A stretch of 64,000 bases of DNA from Octopus sinensis (Eukaryota): positions 202,802,001 through 202,866,000 of the forward strand of contig NC_042998.1 in assembly GCF_006345805.1 (NCBI RefSeq), read 5' to 3'. Below the pieces are notes generated by a model, which saw only the letters and a list, made by a program, of their open reading frames with translations, ran no database searches and was not told the origin of the DNA. Shown piece after piece: positions 48,715 to 61,497 of the stretch. Both the position numbers and the translations under genes were made by a program. Every line of letters begins with the position of its first letter. The first letter of the stretch is position 1.

Positions 48715-49760
48715 TGTATATTTAGTTATTTTAAGCGGAGAGCTTCAACTGCCATATTTTTCTAAGTCTGCGGTATGTCAGATCATTCTATTGTTGTTCG
48801 AAGCACCTTCGTATATATTATTATTGATGCCAAGTTATTTGCATCTTTCTTTTTGTGTGAAACAGGAAAAATAGAAACACTGTTGATACACAGGATCTGG
48901 GTTTAGGAGACTGATTTTTCCACGTTCAACAATCAAACAGAAACACTTCTTTTGGCCAAATTCCATTCATCTGTCAGATGAAAATGATAACAGGAAAATG
49001 TTTTTCGGCATTGCAAATACTTTCAGTATATATTTTCAGGTCCTCCGTAAAGGAATTATGGATATTGGTATCTCTTGTAACTGCAAACTCTAGCATATAG
49101 CCATTGGACTTTTAAAGCAGAAACGGTAACGGATTTATTGCCAAAACAAACAGCGCAGAAAGACTATCTCTCCTTGGAATATTCCATTTGAAATACTTAT
49201 AGCATTGGAGATGACTGTTCCGCTCTCAACCGTAGATGTGGGATTGTTTTCTAGTTTTTTTAGGGGTTTTTTTTCTGTTTTGTGAGCCTCTCAATCGCAG
49301 CGACTAACGTATCAGCTATTATGGCGTAATGAATAGAGTTGAATCTTTCTTTATATTCAAGCCTATAAACAGAAGGTCTCTGCAGTGTTTTCTTACTTCG
49401 GGTTACATTGCTTTGTTTATCAAAAGTTATTCGGCACACCTCCACACTTCCTTTTTCCCACCTGCCTGCTCATTAGTCTCCGTTTTTAGACTAATAATAG
49501 TCCTGGGGAGAATTGGTTAAAACAGCTTCTGAAAACTTTAAACATAATGTTTAGGCAAGCAATGAGCCAATATTTTTCAGCCATTTGATGGTCTCACACT
49601 TGGCTACAGCATTTCTCCGTGTTATAGCTAGGCAACTTAGTATATCAGGCTAGCATTCCAAACTTCATTTTAATATACATATTAATGATTTTCTGTCGAT
49701 GGTCAGTATCCAACAATAAGGCTTCTTCCGGGTATCTCCCCATTATGTAGCTTGCCTATA
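48715..49760 (-). mobile_element. Highly degenerate R4/Dong-like (RLE-clade) LINE reverse transcriptase remnant
   Basis: Minus strand PGRSLIVGY*; YWLIACLNIMFKVF; YRLEYKERFNSIH; GIFQG(frameshift)DSLSALFVLAINPL; TEDLKIY; [13 protein letters not shown]. Confidence 0.75.
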
Positions 49761-50906
49761 GCTAGAGTGAAATTTTCGGCGCCGATTGTATGTTTTACTG
49801 TCGATGTTGGTATTGGATGTTTTGTAACTCTGTTTAACCACAATGCATTCTGTTTGATGAAACTACTCTTTTCGTTTCAGGTTTTTGATCAGAATGACTC
49901 AAGATCTTCTTAAGAAAGGGCTTTCTTAGAGTTCATATCCGCCTTCCTCATCTCCCAGTATAATGTCTGTGAATTGGCAGCAAACTTGTGTTATACTGGC
50001 TCGTTCGATACCTTTTTTGAAAACATAGATTAGCTCCACGAAAGTTGAGATAAAAATTACAATATGTGAAAGTCATTTTTCCTTACAAAGAAAGATGCTT
50101 GCTGCAGAGCTGTCAACATTGTCCCAGTTTATGTCAACATTGTCTCAGTACATCTTTAGTCACTATATTTAATCAACTGAAGTGTCGGGCCATCTCACAT
50201 TTTTCATAGAATTGAAGTAGACCTTGAAACGTAAAGACCAGAGTAGTTGCATCGTCAGAAACATCTTACAAGATTCGTTGTAAGATTTGTGTTGTTATCA
50301 GTGTTGGTTTGGTCTTATCAATATCAGTTATGATCTTACAAGTGACATTCCACGTACTGTAGGTTATACTTTGTAATCCGGTCCTAATTACGCTAGTTGG
50401 TAATTAAATTCTCTAATTTATAACAGAAGAAATAAACCAGCTGTTGATTTGAAATAGAGGAGTCGGCTTAATTGTAAACGAAAAGGTTCAAAAAGGCGCT
50501 TTTAAACGGTCCTCTGCGCCAGCAAGTCTGACGTTAACGACGCCGTTCTTTATGTATGTATGTAGTTGTGTATATATGTATGTACATATATATGCATGTA
50601 TGTATCTTTTTTTGTATGTATGTACCTAATTATGTATACGTGAATCATCAACAAGGAAGGAGAGTGGGAATTAAAACTAAATCAAAGTAAAAAAATAAAC
50701 AACAAATTTAATCCAAATTACTCACGTAATACCCAATAAACACTTAGTTACAATTAGCAACTGATATTAACAGACACAGTGAAGTAGATTAACGGTGGCC
50801 GGGTCGGAGGATTACGGAGAAATACTTTGATATCTAATCATAATAATTTCCTTACAAAACAACATGGCAAAAAAGGGAACGTATATATATATTATATATA
50901 TATTAT

Positions 50907-50965
<59 letters not shown>

Positions 50966-50984
50966 ATGTATGTATGTATATATA

Positions 50985-51028
<44 letters not shown>

Positions 51029-51335
51029 TATATATATATGTATGTATGTATGTATGTGTATGTATGTGTAGATGAATGTACAGTTTTTTTTATGGCCACA
51101 TTGATTCTAACACGATGTAATTTGTTGGCCCTAAATGAAACCTCAAATCAACTCATTTGTAACACAAATTCAAATAAACTGTATATGTCTGCGTGCAAGA
51201 CTTGTGTATATCTATGTATGTGTATATGAATATATATATGTGTTTGTGTGTCTGTGTGTGTATGTATGTGTGTGTCTGTGTGTGTGTGTGTATGTATATA
51301 TATACAGAGAGAGAGAGAGAGTGATAGATAGATAT

Positions 51336-51391
<56 letters not shown>

Positions 51392-52234
51392 ATTGATACG
51401 TGTATATATTTATATGTATGTATGTATATATATATGCATATATATACGCACATTCACACATACTTACGCATATGTATGCGCGCGAGTGTGTATGTGTATG
51501 GACGATTTCGAGGCAAATAGACAAAATGCAACATAAATCAGCTAAACATATACTAAGAAAAAGTGTAAGGCATGAAGATACACATACACATAAGAGAAAG
51601 AGTGGGGAGGAGAGACAGACAGATAGATAGACAGAAAGAGATAATGAGGAAGGTGAAGGAATTAGAAAGAAGGAAGAGGGGAGAAGGAGAGCTAACGGAC
51701 AAATTGTACAACAATGTAGGAAAATGGAAAGAAAAATATGTTGAAGAACAGAAGCAAGTTCTTTGACCTCTATTTTGATGAACTCAGTTATGACACTGTG
51801 GTGAAGAAGATTACTGCGCCACATTGTGGTTTCTGCTTCGATACCATGGCGCAGTATGTTAACCAGACTGGTTCTACCATAGCTTCTGGTTGACAAACTT
51901 TTCTTAATGAAATTTGGTAACAGAAAACCATTGGAAAACTGCTCTTGCTCCTGAATGATAGTTGTAATCTGTCGCCCAGATTTACAATACCATTTGGTCC
52001 TCTGAATCAAGCATTCGGTGGGTCAGCATGTCTTTCATCTGACCGTTATCTTAAGTCGTTTACAACAAAATAAAAAACGTTTAGGCTCTGGTTATAAGAC
52101 TGTAGTCTTTTCTCTTGACAAGTGTTTCTAATGCAAGACGAAAAGTAAATATAAATCGCAACTACAATATCCTTCTCTATAATTTCTCTCCCTCCCCTCT
52201 CTCCAACTCGTTATAGATAGATGGATAGACAGAC

Positions 52235-52297
<63 letters not shown>

Positions 52298-52384
52298 CAT
52301 AAATCTATCCTCTCTACCCAACGAATTTTATGCTAATGTCTGCACTATGTAAAATACATTACTGATGTACTTTGCTACTGCTGT

Positions 52385-52426
<42 letters not shown>

Positions 52427-52427
<1 letters not shown>

Positions 52428-53485
52428 TAGCAGTATAGCCTGGCGTTGTTTTTTAGTTGCGCTTAAAACGGCAGACTTTGATGTCGCATTAATAATGTTT
52501 TGACATAGTTTCAATCTATGAATAAATGTATAGTGTGGCGAAGCTCGAGTTTGCTCTGAATGTGTTGCAAATGTGTAATGCCGACTCCAATTGTTGGTTA
52601 ATATTCCTTCTATTAACATTATGGAGAAAACAATTACCCGTAGATTTAAAGCAAAATGAAACTCAAGTTTCGAACATCTTTTAAGAAATCTTTTAAGAAA
52701 TCTATTAAGAAGTTAACACTGCAACTGTATTCATTAAGAAAAAGTACACAGCAGTCAAAAAATTGTAAAAAAATAGGGATTTTCATAGAAAAAAAGCACC
52801 TTTTTGATGTAAATAATTTTTGGTTTTAAGATGGTTCGATTTGAATTTTTCCTTCTACGGTATGAAGAGCAGGCCTTCTTCTATCATACTCTCAGTTTTG
52901 GTCAGGAAAAATACTTACAAAATATAACGCTCACAGCAGCTATAATGTGTTGCGGCACACAAAGGCAGTGCAGTGTAAATGACTAAGCAAAATGTTCTGT
53001 CTTTCGCTAATGCAATTAGTTTTTCTCACAAAAAAATCGATTGAAATTGCTGAATTGTACTCAACGCTGTAGCAGTTGACGACCTTGAAAATTAGTGCAT
53101 TCACGCAGCGAACATTAGGGAACAGAATCTTCCTCCCGTCGATTCAAGCAACGCTCATCTGTGGACATAACAGCCGCAACAATCGAACTCCCCATACAAA
53201 GGCGGTTTTCCATTAGACAAATTATTAACATTAGACATCTCCCTTGCACCCTATTGAAGCTCAAGTTTCGAACTGCTCTGATTTTCGATGTAAATAATTT
53301 TGGGTGTTAACATGGTCCGATTTGAATTTTTTCTTCTACGGAAGGAAGCGTAAGCCTTCTTCTATCATACTCTCAATTTTGGTCAACTTGCGCCGCAGGG
53401 TCTTGGAGGAGATAAGTGTTAGTTGAAGGCTACCAAACCTGCCATACACAGACAGACAGACAACTTCAGCTTTATAAATATATAT
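52427..53485 (-). mobile_element. Non-autonomous Helitron-like element with about 100-bp internal direct duplication (52800-52905 / 53285-53385)
   Basis: + strand ACTAGCAGTATAGCC like 2219-2233; (CAGA)n tract before the far end as in the 2.2-kb copy; terminal hairpin degenerate. Confidence 0.65.
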
Positions 53486-53541
53486 TTATATATATATATA
53501 TATATAATATATATATATATAATATATATATATATAATATA

Positions 53542-53577
<36 letters not shown>

Positions 53578-53599
53578 TGTATGTATGTATGTATGTATA

Positions 53600-54520
53600 C
53601 TAGCTGAGGTACCCGGTAATTTCCGGGAAAGCGGGGCTTATCTCTTGCTTCCGTTCTCATAATTCTTTCGCAAATCCAATAACAACAATACAAAGTATGT
53701 AGCCCTTAAAACGGTTTTTGTGCATTTACAGAGAATTCTCAAATGTCTTACACAGGATCCTGTTTTTAGATATGCCCTATAAGTTATGAATACCCAAATT
53801 GTGAAGTCAGTTATGTAATAACATGAAACTAGTTACCTGATAGTAAGAATTCAAATAAAGCAACCCCGAAAAGGGCTTTAATGCTTACCCAGAGTATATA
53901 GAACATAGGAAGAAATACTATTAAGGTATGCATACTAAAATCGTGAAGCATGTTAGGTAATAACAGGCTAATCAGAAATGAGATAATAACAATTCAAAGT
54001 AAATAACTCTGAAAAGGGCTTTTGTACGTTCCCAGAGAATATTACTCCCAGGGACGTTAGCGTTGGTATATTCGTGAATAAGTAACTAACCGAAATAAGT
54101 GGATCTATTGTTTAGGAAAATACTATTTACTTGTTTGAGAGTTGTACTGGATAAATTGCAAAAATAACTCTAACAGTTCAAATACTAAGAAATAAGCATA
54201 CTAAATTTCCTTTTTACCAAACAATTTAGGAAAATGTATGGGTTATTTCTCTTGCTTATATATAAGGATCACTTCCAGATGTGAATGGGTTATTTCCCTT
54301 GGTTTTTAAAATAAAATATATTAGATATATATATATAAGGATCCCTTCCAGGGGCTCTGTTATCGATTTTTTTTTTCAACAATCTGAGTATGCGACGTGG
54401 TTTCCAGATTTGAGTTCTACACACGTGTCAAGTTTCATCAAAATCGATAATCGATGTAGGAGAAGTTAGCTAACAACTCCACAAACACCCACAGTCAGAA
54501 TTACCCACGTATTTAGTAGA
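53600..54520 (-). mobile_element. Non-autonomous Helitron-like element
   Basis: Minus strand A|TC start; 3' hairpin CCCGG AAATTA CCGGG then CTAG|T; TCAAGTTTCATCA.AATCG shared with the 2.2-kb copy. Confidence 0.75.
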
Positions 54521-54626
54521 TATGCAAACTTGCCACTAGTTCAAATATGCTTGAGACGTATTCGAACCCGTCCCTCTACCTTTTAGCCCCTGTGTAAATA
54601 AAAAATCGTCGTTACAATCATCTGAA

Positions 54627-55464
54627 ATGGAACAGTCAAAGCGCGATATTCGAGCAATTTTGCTACTACTCGCGATATCAGCGAAACGTTTGGTGAGGAA
54701 ATAACCAGTGAGTGGTCAGCTCGAAAATGGTCAGCTCAGAAAATGTGCAGATATGAAATTTTCTCGTCGCTTCTTCTCCGTAACCAGACCGATCTATTTC
54801 CTGACCATAACTTGTGATGCAAAGTGGATTTTGTACAAAAACAAAAACGTTTTTCGCAGTGGCTGGATCAAAATGAAGCACCGAAAAACCTTCCCTAAAC
54901 CCGAGCTCTTCAAAAAGAAGGTTATGGTGACTGTTTGGTGGTGTACTGCTGGACTCATCCACTCTAACTTCTTAAAACTCGGAAAAACCAATACTGCAGA
55001 AACATATTGCCATGAAATTGCCAAAATGAACGACAAACTGCTACTCCTCCGTCCCAGATTGGTCAACAGAAGAGGGCCAATCATTCTTCATGACAATGCT
55101 CGACCACACGTTTCACTAATGACGCTCCAGAAGTTGAGGGAACTTGGCTACAAAGTTCTTTCTCACCCAGTTTATTACTTAGACCTTTCTCCTACCGACT
55201 ACCACTTTTTCAAGCATCTTCATGGTTTCCTGAGAGAGGAGGAATTCAAAAATCAAACCGATGCTGAAGGTGCATTCAAAGTGTTCATCAGTTCCAGAAC
55301 TCCAGATTTTTATGTTACCGGAATAAACAAACTTGTAATTCGCTGGCAAAAATGTCTTGATTGTAATGGTACTTACTTTGATGAATGAAATTTCCGCATT
55401 GATGAAGTATATTGTGATGAATTTCATGTTTAAAAACGTTGCTTACTTTTTACTCAGCCTAATA
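54627..55464 (+). mobile_element. Inactive mariner (DD34D) transposon, internally deleted; right TIR 55433-55462 plus TA, left TIR absent
   Basis: MEQSKRDIRAILL; TCDAKW (E to A), HDNARPH-34 aa-SPTDYHFF, YYLDL instead of YSPDL; stop 55388; TIR reads TTAGGCTGAGTAAAAAGTAAGCAACGTTTT on minus (Hsmar1-like). Confidence 0.9.
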
Positions 55465-55769
55465 GATTCTCAGTTCATTGGGCTTTGACAGCTTGTTAAG
55501 TCAACGCTGTGTGGACACATAGAGTGAATAACTTTTCGAGTCGTTATTGTATTAAATGAGCATCAACTTTCTGCAAAACAGTGTAGTTATATAAAATTTG
55601 TTTAAGGAATTTTCTCGCGTGTCTGGTAGGAAATAGGATTTGAATAAAAGAGATAGAACGGTTCTTCAGTAAAAAAAAAAAATCGGCTTATAATTTTTCT
55701 GAAATCATTTGAATTAAACAACACCTACATATATTTACATAGATACACGCATACAAAGACAGGCACCAA

Positions 55770-55884
55770 TTCACACACACACACACATACACATACACAC
55801 ACGTACACATACACACATACGCATGCATGCATGCATACAACATATGTACGTGCATGTATGAGTATATGTACATATATATATAAC

Positions 55885-55931
<47 letters not shown>

Positions 55932-55932
55932 C

Positions 55933-55963
<31 letters not shown>

Positions 55964-55964
55964 C

Positions 55965-56058
<94 letters not shown>

Positions 56059-56065
56059 GTACGTG
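55770..56065. repeat. Compound (CA)/(TA) microsatellite
   Basis: Direct reading. Confidence 0.9.
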
Positions 56066-56767
56066 ATTAGTATTCTATTGTATCTAAAAGAGCTGATTAC
56101 TAGATTTGTCACAGACTCATTATAAGGGGATTATGACAAGAACGCTTAATGAATCCTTAAAGCTGTAAGACTCTGAAACAACCTCAAAACAGATTAATCA
56201 CGAACATCTTTCTTCATTTCATGATTTATTTTCACGAGGTTGCTCAAAATTGCAGCAACATATTTACTGTAAATATTTCTATGTCTTGGTAACTTCCACA
56301 AACCTATAAGTCAGGTGTGATTCGAACTCAAACGAAGAAATCACACAAATATATTTTTAACAGCTTAACTTGTCACACCTTCTTGTGATTAATATTGTAC
56401 ATCGAAATAGTGATTGTTTCATCACTACTTTAATAAATCCGAAGACGGTTATGTTTCACTGTTGAGTTCTTATACGAATGAAACATTTCGGAAATTGTCT
56501 CCCTTATTTGCCGAAGTGAGTAGCATAATATCATTTATTGACATTAAGTTTCCCCTTCCTCAGTGCATAATTTTATTTTTTTTTAAATGATTTTACATAT
56601 TAACAGTTATTGCCAAGCTAATATGGCAGTCCGTAAATATAAGACTAAAGCTGCCGTTGATTAGCTCCAAGAGGCCATCGCCTCTAGCTAGCTATATGAC
56701 ACACGAACCTGTGTCCACTATAACCTTCGAACACTGGAGGTCAACCGCTTCCCCTTGCTGGACAAGC

Positions 56768-56813
56768 ATCTGCAGACATGTTTCAGAGTATTTGCTCTTT
56801 ATTAATGCAGAGT
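56768..56813 (-). ncRNA. Hammerhead fold, U3-A8 type with additional G5A (probably dead), left arm
   Basis: Minus strand CTCTGCA-TTAATAA-A-AGAG CAAATA CTCT-GAAA-C AT GTC-TGCAGAT. Confidence 0.6.
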
Positions 56814-57053
56814 AACCAAACCCAGCAGGCGTCGCTGCTGACCGTCAGTTCGAAGGATTATTCACCTAATTTCAGTGGCATACATAAACTGGTTTTTAAA
56901 AATAGAAATATTAAAATTTCTAAGTCTCTCTAAAGGAGACTACGGCAGCGGTACTGGGTATTAACAGTTATCACCAAGCTAATATGGCAGTCCGAAATTA
57001 GGTAAATAATCCTTCGACAGACGGTCAGCAGCGACGCCTGCTGGGTTTGGCTA

Positions 57054-57098
57054 ATCTGCATTGATAAAGGGCAAATACTCTGAAACGTGTCTGCAGAT
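57054..57098 (+). ncRNA. Type I hammerhead ribozyme, U3-A8 core variant, right arm
   Basis: ATCTGCA-TTGATAA-AGGG CAAATA CTCT-GAAA-C GT GTC-TGCAGAT: perfect 7-bp stem I, GUC triplet. Confidence 0.75.
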
Positions 57099-58444
57099 GC
57101 CTGACCAACAAGGGGAAGCGGCTGACCTCCTCCTCTGTTCGAAGGTTATAATGGACACAGGTTCGTGTATCATATAGCTAGATAGAGGCGATGGCCTCTT
57201 GGAGCTAACCAACGGCAGCTTTAGTCGTATATTTATGGACTGCCATATTAGCTAGGCGATAACTATTAATATCCAGTACCGCTGCCGTAGTCTCCCTTAG
57301 AGAGACTTGGAAATTTTAATATTTCTATTTTATATATTCATTACGTTTAATACATTCACTATAACTTACATGATTACCACTTTTCATACAGATGACGCTT
57401 CGCGTAATTAATCTCAAAGATTTATTCTTTTTAGTATGCTACGTTTTACGCTTACGCATGTAGAATGCCATAAATATACATGATACTTATCTCACCATTA
57501 CTTCGGCAAATATAATTATGTCTATGATTTACCAAAAATGTTTAATAAGACTGAAACATAACCGAAGTTGTTTTTCTGTGCTTACCAAACTATAACTTTT
57601 ATTTTTACTTATAACTTACTTATAACTTACTATTTAAAAGTATTAATCTAACATCTCACAATATTCTTTCATAATTTTCATTTTCTGTGCTTGCTATACG
57701 CTTTTTAAGTTCATTATTTCCTCATTTCAATTAAGTTTTAGGTTAATTTAATATGGTTTCTCTGTACAGATAAAGAGAGCAACTTCGTATGTCACAGTTA
57801 CGTGCGATGTTTTGTTTTTGCATGTTACTTAATGCTTTTGAAACTCCACTACATGATACACATGTAGTTCCGAGTGGTGCTATATTCTGAAGGTGTGTAC
57901 ATGTGTAAATCATGACATTTAGTTATATATTTTCTACATATTTTTTAATAAATCCCAAGAAACAACCCCTAGGATTTGCCTTTGTTTAGATCCCTCATGT
58001 CCTAATTATCTCTCTTCACAGATTATCAACATTTACGTTTGTTTTTGTTTTTTAAGTCCATTGAACCTCTTGAAGGAAATGTTATAGTAGAAGACCGAGA
58101 AGTCTGTAATCATCTTTTGAAAATATTGATTCAATAAAACGGAATGAAGAACTTACAGATCCAATAAACCCCCACCCCCTCCCTTGATACAATTGCAAGT
58201 CTTTGCGGCGATGTCGAATGGATATAAATGCTGAGGAAGAGCAAAATTATGATATTCACCAAAATAACATAGTAAATCTAACTGAAATAAATAACAGGGA
58301 AGACGCTCGAAAAATTGCATCCGTTTAAACACTTTGGAAAAGGCGAAAAGGGAATGTCAAATCACAGGAAGAAGTAAAATGCTGGATTGCGGCAGTTTCT
58401 GTAATTTTAGCAAAATGAAACACAGTTTGGGAATATATATAATT

Positions 58445-58570
58445 GACAAAGTTGTTAGAGCATTGGATAGAAGCGTTGCAGTATTTTTCTCTGTTTTCTG
58501 CGCTTTGAGTTCAAACTCCGTCGAGGTCAATTTTATCTTTCATCGTTTCGGAGTCGATAAAAAAATACGA
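58445..58570 (+). mobile_element. SINE family B, old copy
   Basis: TTTGAGTTCAAACTCCGTCGAGGTCAATTTTATCTTTCATCGTTTCGGAGTCGATAAAA. Confidence 0.7.
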
Positions 58571-58819
58571 ATCCATGGCAGTTGATCGTAGGAAATGTTT
58601 CTCTTTCGGTCATTTTGCGCTCTAATACCAACGTCTGCAACATATTTGATGCCAGGCTTTGTCAGCAGAGGTCAGCAGCCATTAATTTGGGTACAACCGA
58701 TGGGTGGTGGCTAATCACATTAGCGTTGCAGCATAATCTGTAAAAAAAATCTTTCTGCCACGAAATCTGCCGTTAATTTTCGTAATCCGTTTCATTATAT
58801 GATTTTTTTCAAAATGCCC

Positions 58820-59080
58820 GGTGGGAAGAGATGTGACCTTTTGTCCTTTTATGGCATCTCATGGAAAGGCTCTAGGGCCTGACTCATTTGGTGGAGTCTG
58901 AGATGAAGACATTAGCCATGTATCTTTTTATGCTGTCTGATGGAATATTTGAGCCAAGATCTGCAATTCTTCAAAACTCCTTCATTCTGCGAGACCTGTG
59001 CATTCCAGAGCATCTTTTGCATATCAACTTCCGCCCTTCTCTTATCAAATATTGACCATGTGAGGCTTTTACATGTTAAC
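58820..59080 (-). mobile_element. Possible RTE/RTE-X LINE thumb-region remnant
   Basis: Minus strand WSI..AEVD..KML.NAQVS...IR..K.HG*C...LEPFHE loosely matches the RTE-X C-terminal pattern; weak. Confidence 0.3.
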
Positions 59081-60399
59081 TTCCAATCATGACATATAAT
59101 ATATAGTTTTAAGGGGTTTTTTTTTGTATAATTTCTGTTGTTCTTTCTTTTACCTTCTCACAAATGTCTGTCGGCTTCCTATTCATTTATCATTTTATTC
59201 GTTGTTATAGATGTTGTTGCCGCTGCTGTTGCTTCACAGAATCATTCAGAAAATCCTCAGATAAAACTTTTCGTTCACTCGACAGACAGGCCAGGAATAT
59301 AAAGTTATTCCTGACAAGAAAAAAAGTAGACACAGACGTGTCAAATAGAGACAGAAGTGTCAGAATATGAAAGACGTATAAAAGGAAATAAAGGTTACAG
59401 GATTTAAATCTTTCATAGCAATAAAAAGAATTGTATGGAAGAGAGGGAAATAGAGAGCAAAAGAGAGAGAAAGAAAGAGACAGGCGGAGAGAGATAAAAA
59501 AAAGAAAGACAGACAGAAAGAAAGAGATCAAAGAATAATAATATTCTGTCTATAAAAACAAACAAAGATGCTATAGTAAACGTAGGAGAATAGATAGAAT
59601 TGATTATGGAGAAATCATAATGAATAGAAAATGAATGGAATGGTATATAAAGGAAATTTGGTGGAATCTAAATAAATATAGTAAAGAACGCAGAGAAACA
59701 AAAGATTAAAAAGCACAAGTATATAACTTTACAAAGCGGGGTGTTTTATAACGTAGATAAAAAGGCAATAGTCGAATAAAACGTAATTTATATTCCAGCG
59801 AAATGCGATCCATCAATAAGGTGCAAGGGAATATTGAAGAAACAAGAGCATGGAAGGAATTGAAAAAGTTGAATGTGACGGGAAACTTTCGCAGGTCGTG
59901 CACGGAAATTAGAGAAATATTCCTTCATTTGATGTGTAGCTATAAAATACTGTAAGAGGATGTTTAAAAACGTATTTATACTTACATGGCCTTTGCGGTA
60001 GTTTAAGTAAGCCAAAAAGAAATGACTAAGCAAAAATTCGTGTAGTATAAACTAAAGAAGACAGATGGATCATACTGCCACAATACTAGGTATAATATTA
60101 ATTAATAATTAACTATAGCCGATGTGAATTGAAAGCTTCAACACTCACAATGAACAATTCCAGGTCATTATAGAAATTAAAATACCAACAAATGCTTGCC
60201 TTTTAAATATGTCAAATAAAGGTAAGAATACAGCACGAAGGCTGTGCTAATAGTCATTGATTATTCAAGAGACGGAAGGGTTGCAGCTGAAAATCAAATG
60301 GTTATGTTAATTAAAGAATATTAGGTGATGAGTATACATGCCTAGTGTTGTAAACATTAAAGGAAGCATGTACACAATACTAGGGACCGAAGTATCATT

Positions 60400-60780
60400 C
60401 TTCACCTAATGTGGTTACAATATCAGCCCCTGCATGCCCACCAGCTGATAGGTTGATGTTTAATGACAGATTTGACTTTGTGGGTCTTAGGATTTCTATC
60501 CATTCTTCAATAACATGGTACTACAGTAACTTACCTATAACGATTTTATTTACTGCTAATAGGCTGTAAAGGAGGTCTCTGAAATGTGCTATAATTTCAA
60601 TATCACTGATCAAGGTGGATCCATCTTCGTAACGAAGGGGAATAGGATTTGATTGGCAGGAACCAAATATGCTTTCACAAGCTGACATTGTTTTGATATC
60701 TTTTTGTTAAAGGTTAATGAATATTTTCTTCTGCAATTTTGATTTAAGCTAGGTGTCTACGAACTCAATAAGAAGACACT
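60400..60780 (-). mobile_element. RTE-clade LINE remnant (EN-RT linker)
   Basis: Minus strand QKDIK....SIFG....PIPLRYEDGSTLISDIEIIAHFRDLLYSLL. Confidence 0.65.
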
Positions 60781-60946
60781 GTTCCGACCAAGAATGAGTG
60801 CTGGTGGCATTAAACTTAAATTTCTAATGAAACAATTTGTAGCTTTGAAAAACCTGACTCAAAAGAATCTACTTGCCTACATGTCCTGAACTCCGAATCT
60901 ATCACTCACAACCCACTCTAAGTATCATACACACACACACATATAC

Positions 60947-61005
<59 letters not shown>

Positions 61006-61102
61006 TATACCGGAGTAAATACATAAATGTGAAACAAGGTGGTAAAAAGAGTACTCCAATACCAGAGTCTTGATCGAATTGTCATCTCGGTTCTATTTTA
61101 AC

Positions 61103-61148
61103 AAAACTGTCCGACGAACAGGAACGTGAAACTCCGAGTAACAGCTTT
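61103..61148 (+). ncRNA. Type I hammerhead motif with U4C (CCGACGA)
   Basis: AAAACTGT-CCGACGA-AC AGGAAC GT-GAAA-CT CCG AGTA-ACAGCTTT: 7/8-bp stem I, 3-bp stem III, only 2-bp stem II. Confidence 0.55.
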
Positions 61149-61197
61149 TGTTAAATTTCTGCTGCTTTTAAATAAAGTATATATATATATATAATAT

Positions 61198-61229
<32 letters not shown>

Positions 61230-61497
61230 CATGTAGATATGTGAGTACATGTGTATGTTTGTATGTATGTATAAGTCAATGGAGTTCCAACATAGTCTGC
61301 ATTTTTGAATTTAATTTTGTACCTTTTTCTAATTTTAGATAAGGCTTGTACTTTCATAATTTGCACCATCTTCAGGTTTATATAGTAGCGGTATTAACTG
61401 ACAGTTATGTTTCACAATTAATAACTAGTGGAACGCTGGAGTTTGTCCTTTAAATACATTCCAGTAGGCTCCAGCATGCTGTATCTCACGATCTATC

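Larger units (their letters stand above)
56597..57331. repeat. Complex palindromic element: about 275-bp arms (56597-56873 / 56994-about 57270) plus an internal inverted copy of the terminus (56899-56993 vs 57236-57331)
   Basis: Arms mirrored, e.g. CCCAGCAGGCGTCGCTGCTGACCGTC vs GACGGTCAGCAGCGACGCCTGCTGGG. Confidence 0.9.

Noticed and set aside
50715-50820. Possible host exon ending at a minus-strand GTGAGT donor (similar isolated candidates at 4200-4280 and 41790-41860)
   Set aside because: Isolated splice-like motifs are expected by chance; there is no ORF, acceptor or homology support.
51153-52010. 285-aa minus-strand ORF
   Set aside because: Two thirds is microsatellite. The unique part (51750-52010) matched no family I recognise, so it is left unannotated.
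54708-55388. 226-aa ORF as a functional transposase or SETMAR-like gene
   Set aside because: The N-terminal DNA-binding region is deleted and frameshifted, TCDEKW is TCDAKW, YSPDL is YYLDL, and the left TIR is missing.
61345-61380. Minus-strand CTGAAGA...GAAAG
   Set aside because: Stems I and III are broken and U16.1 is absent; too degenerate to call.
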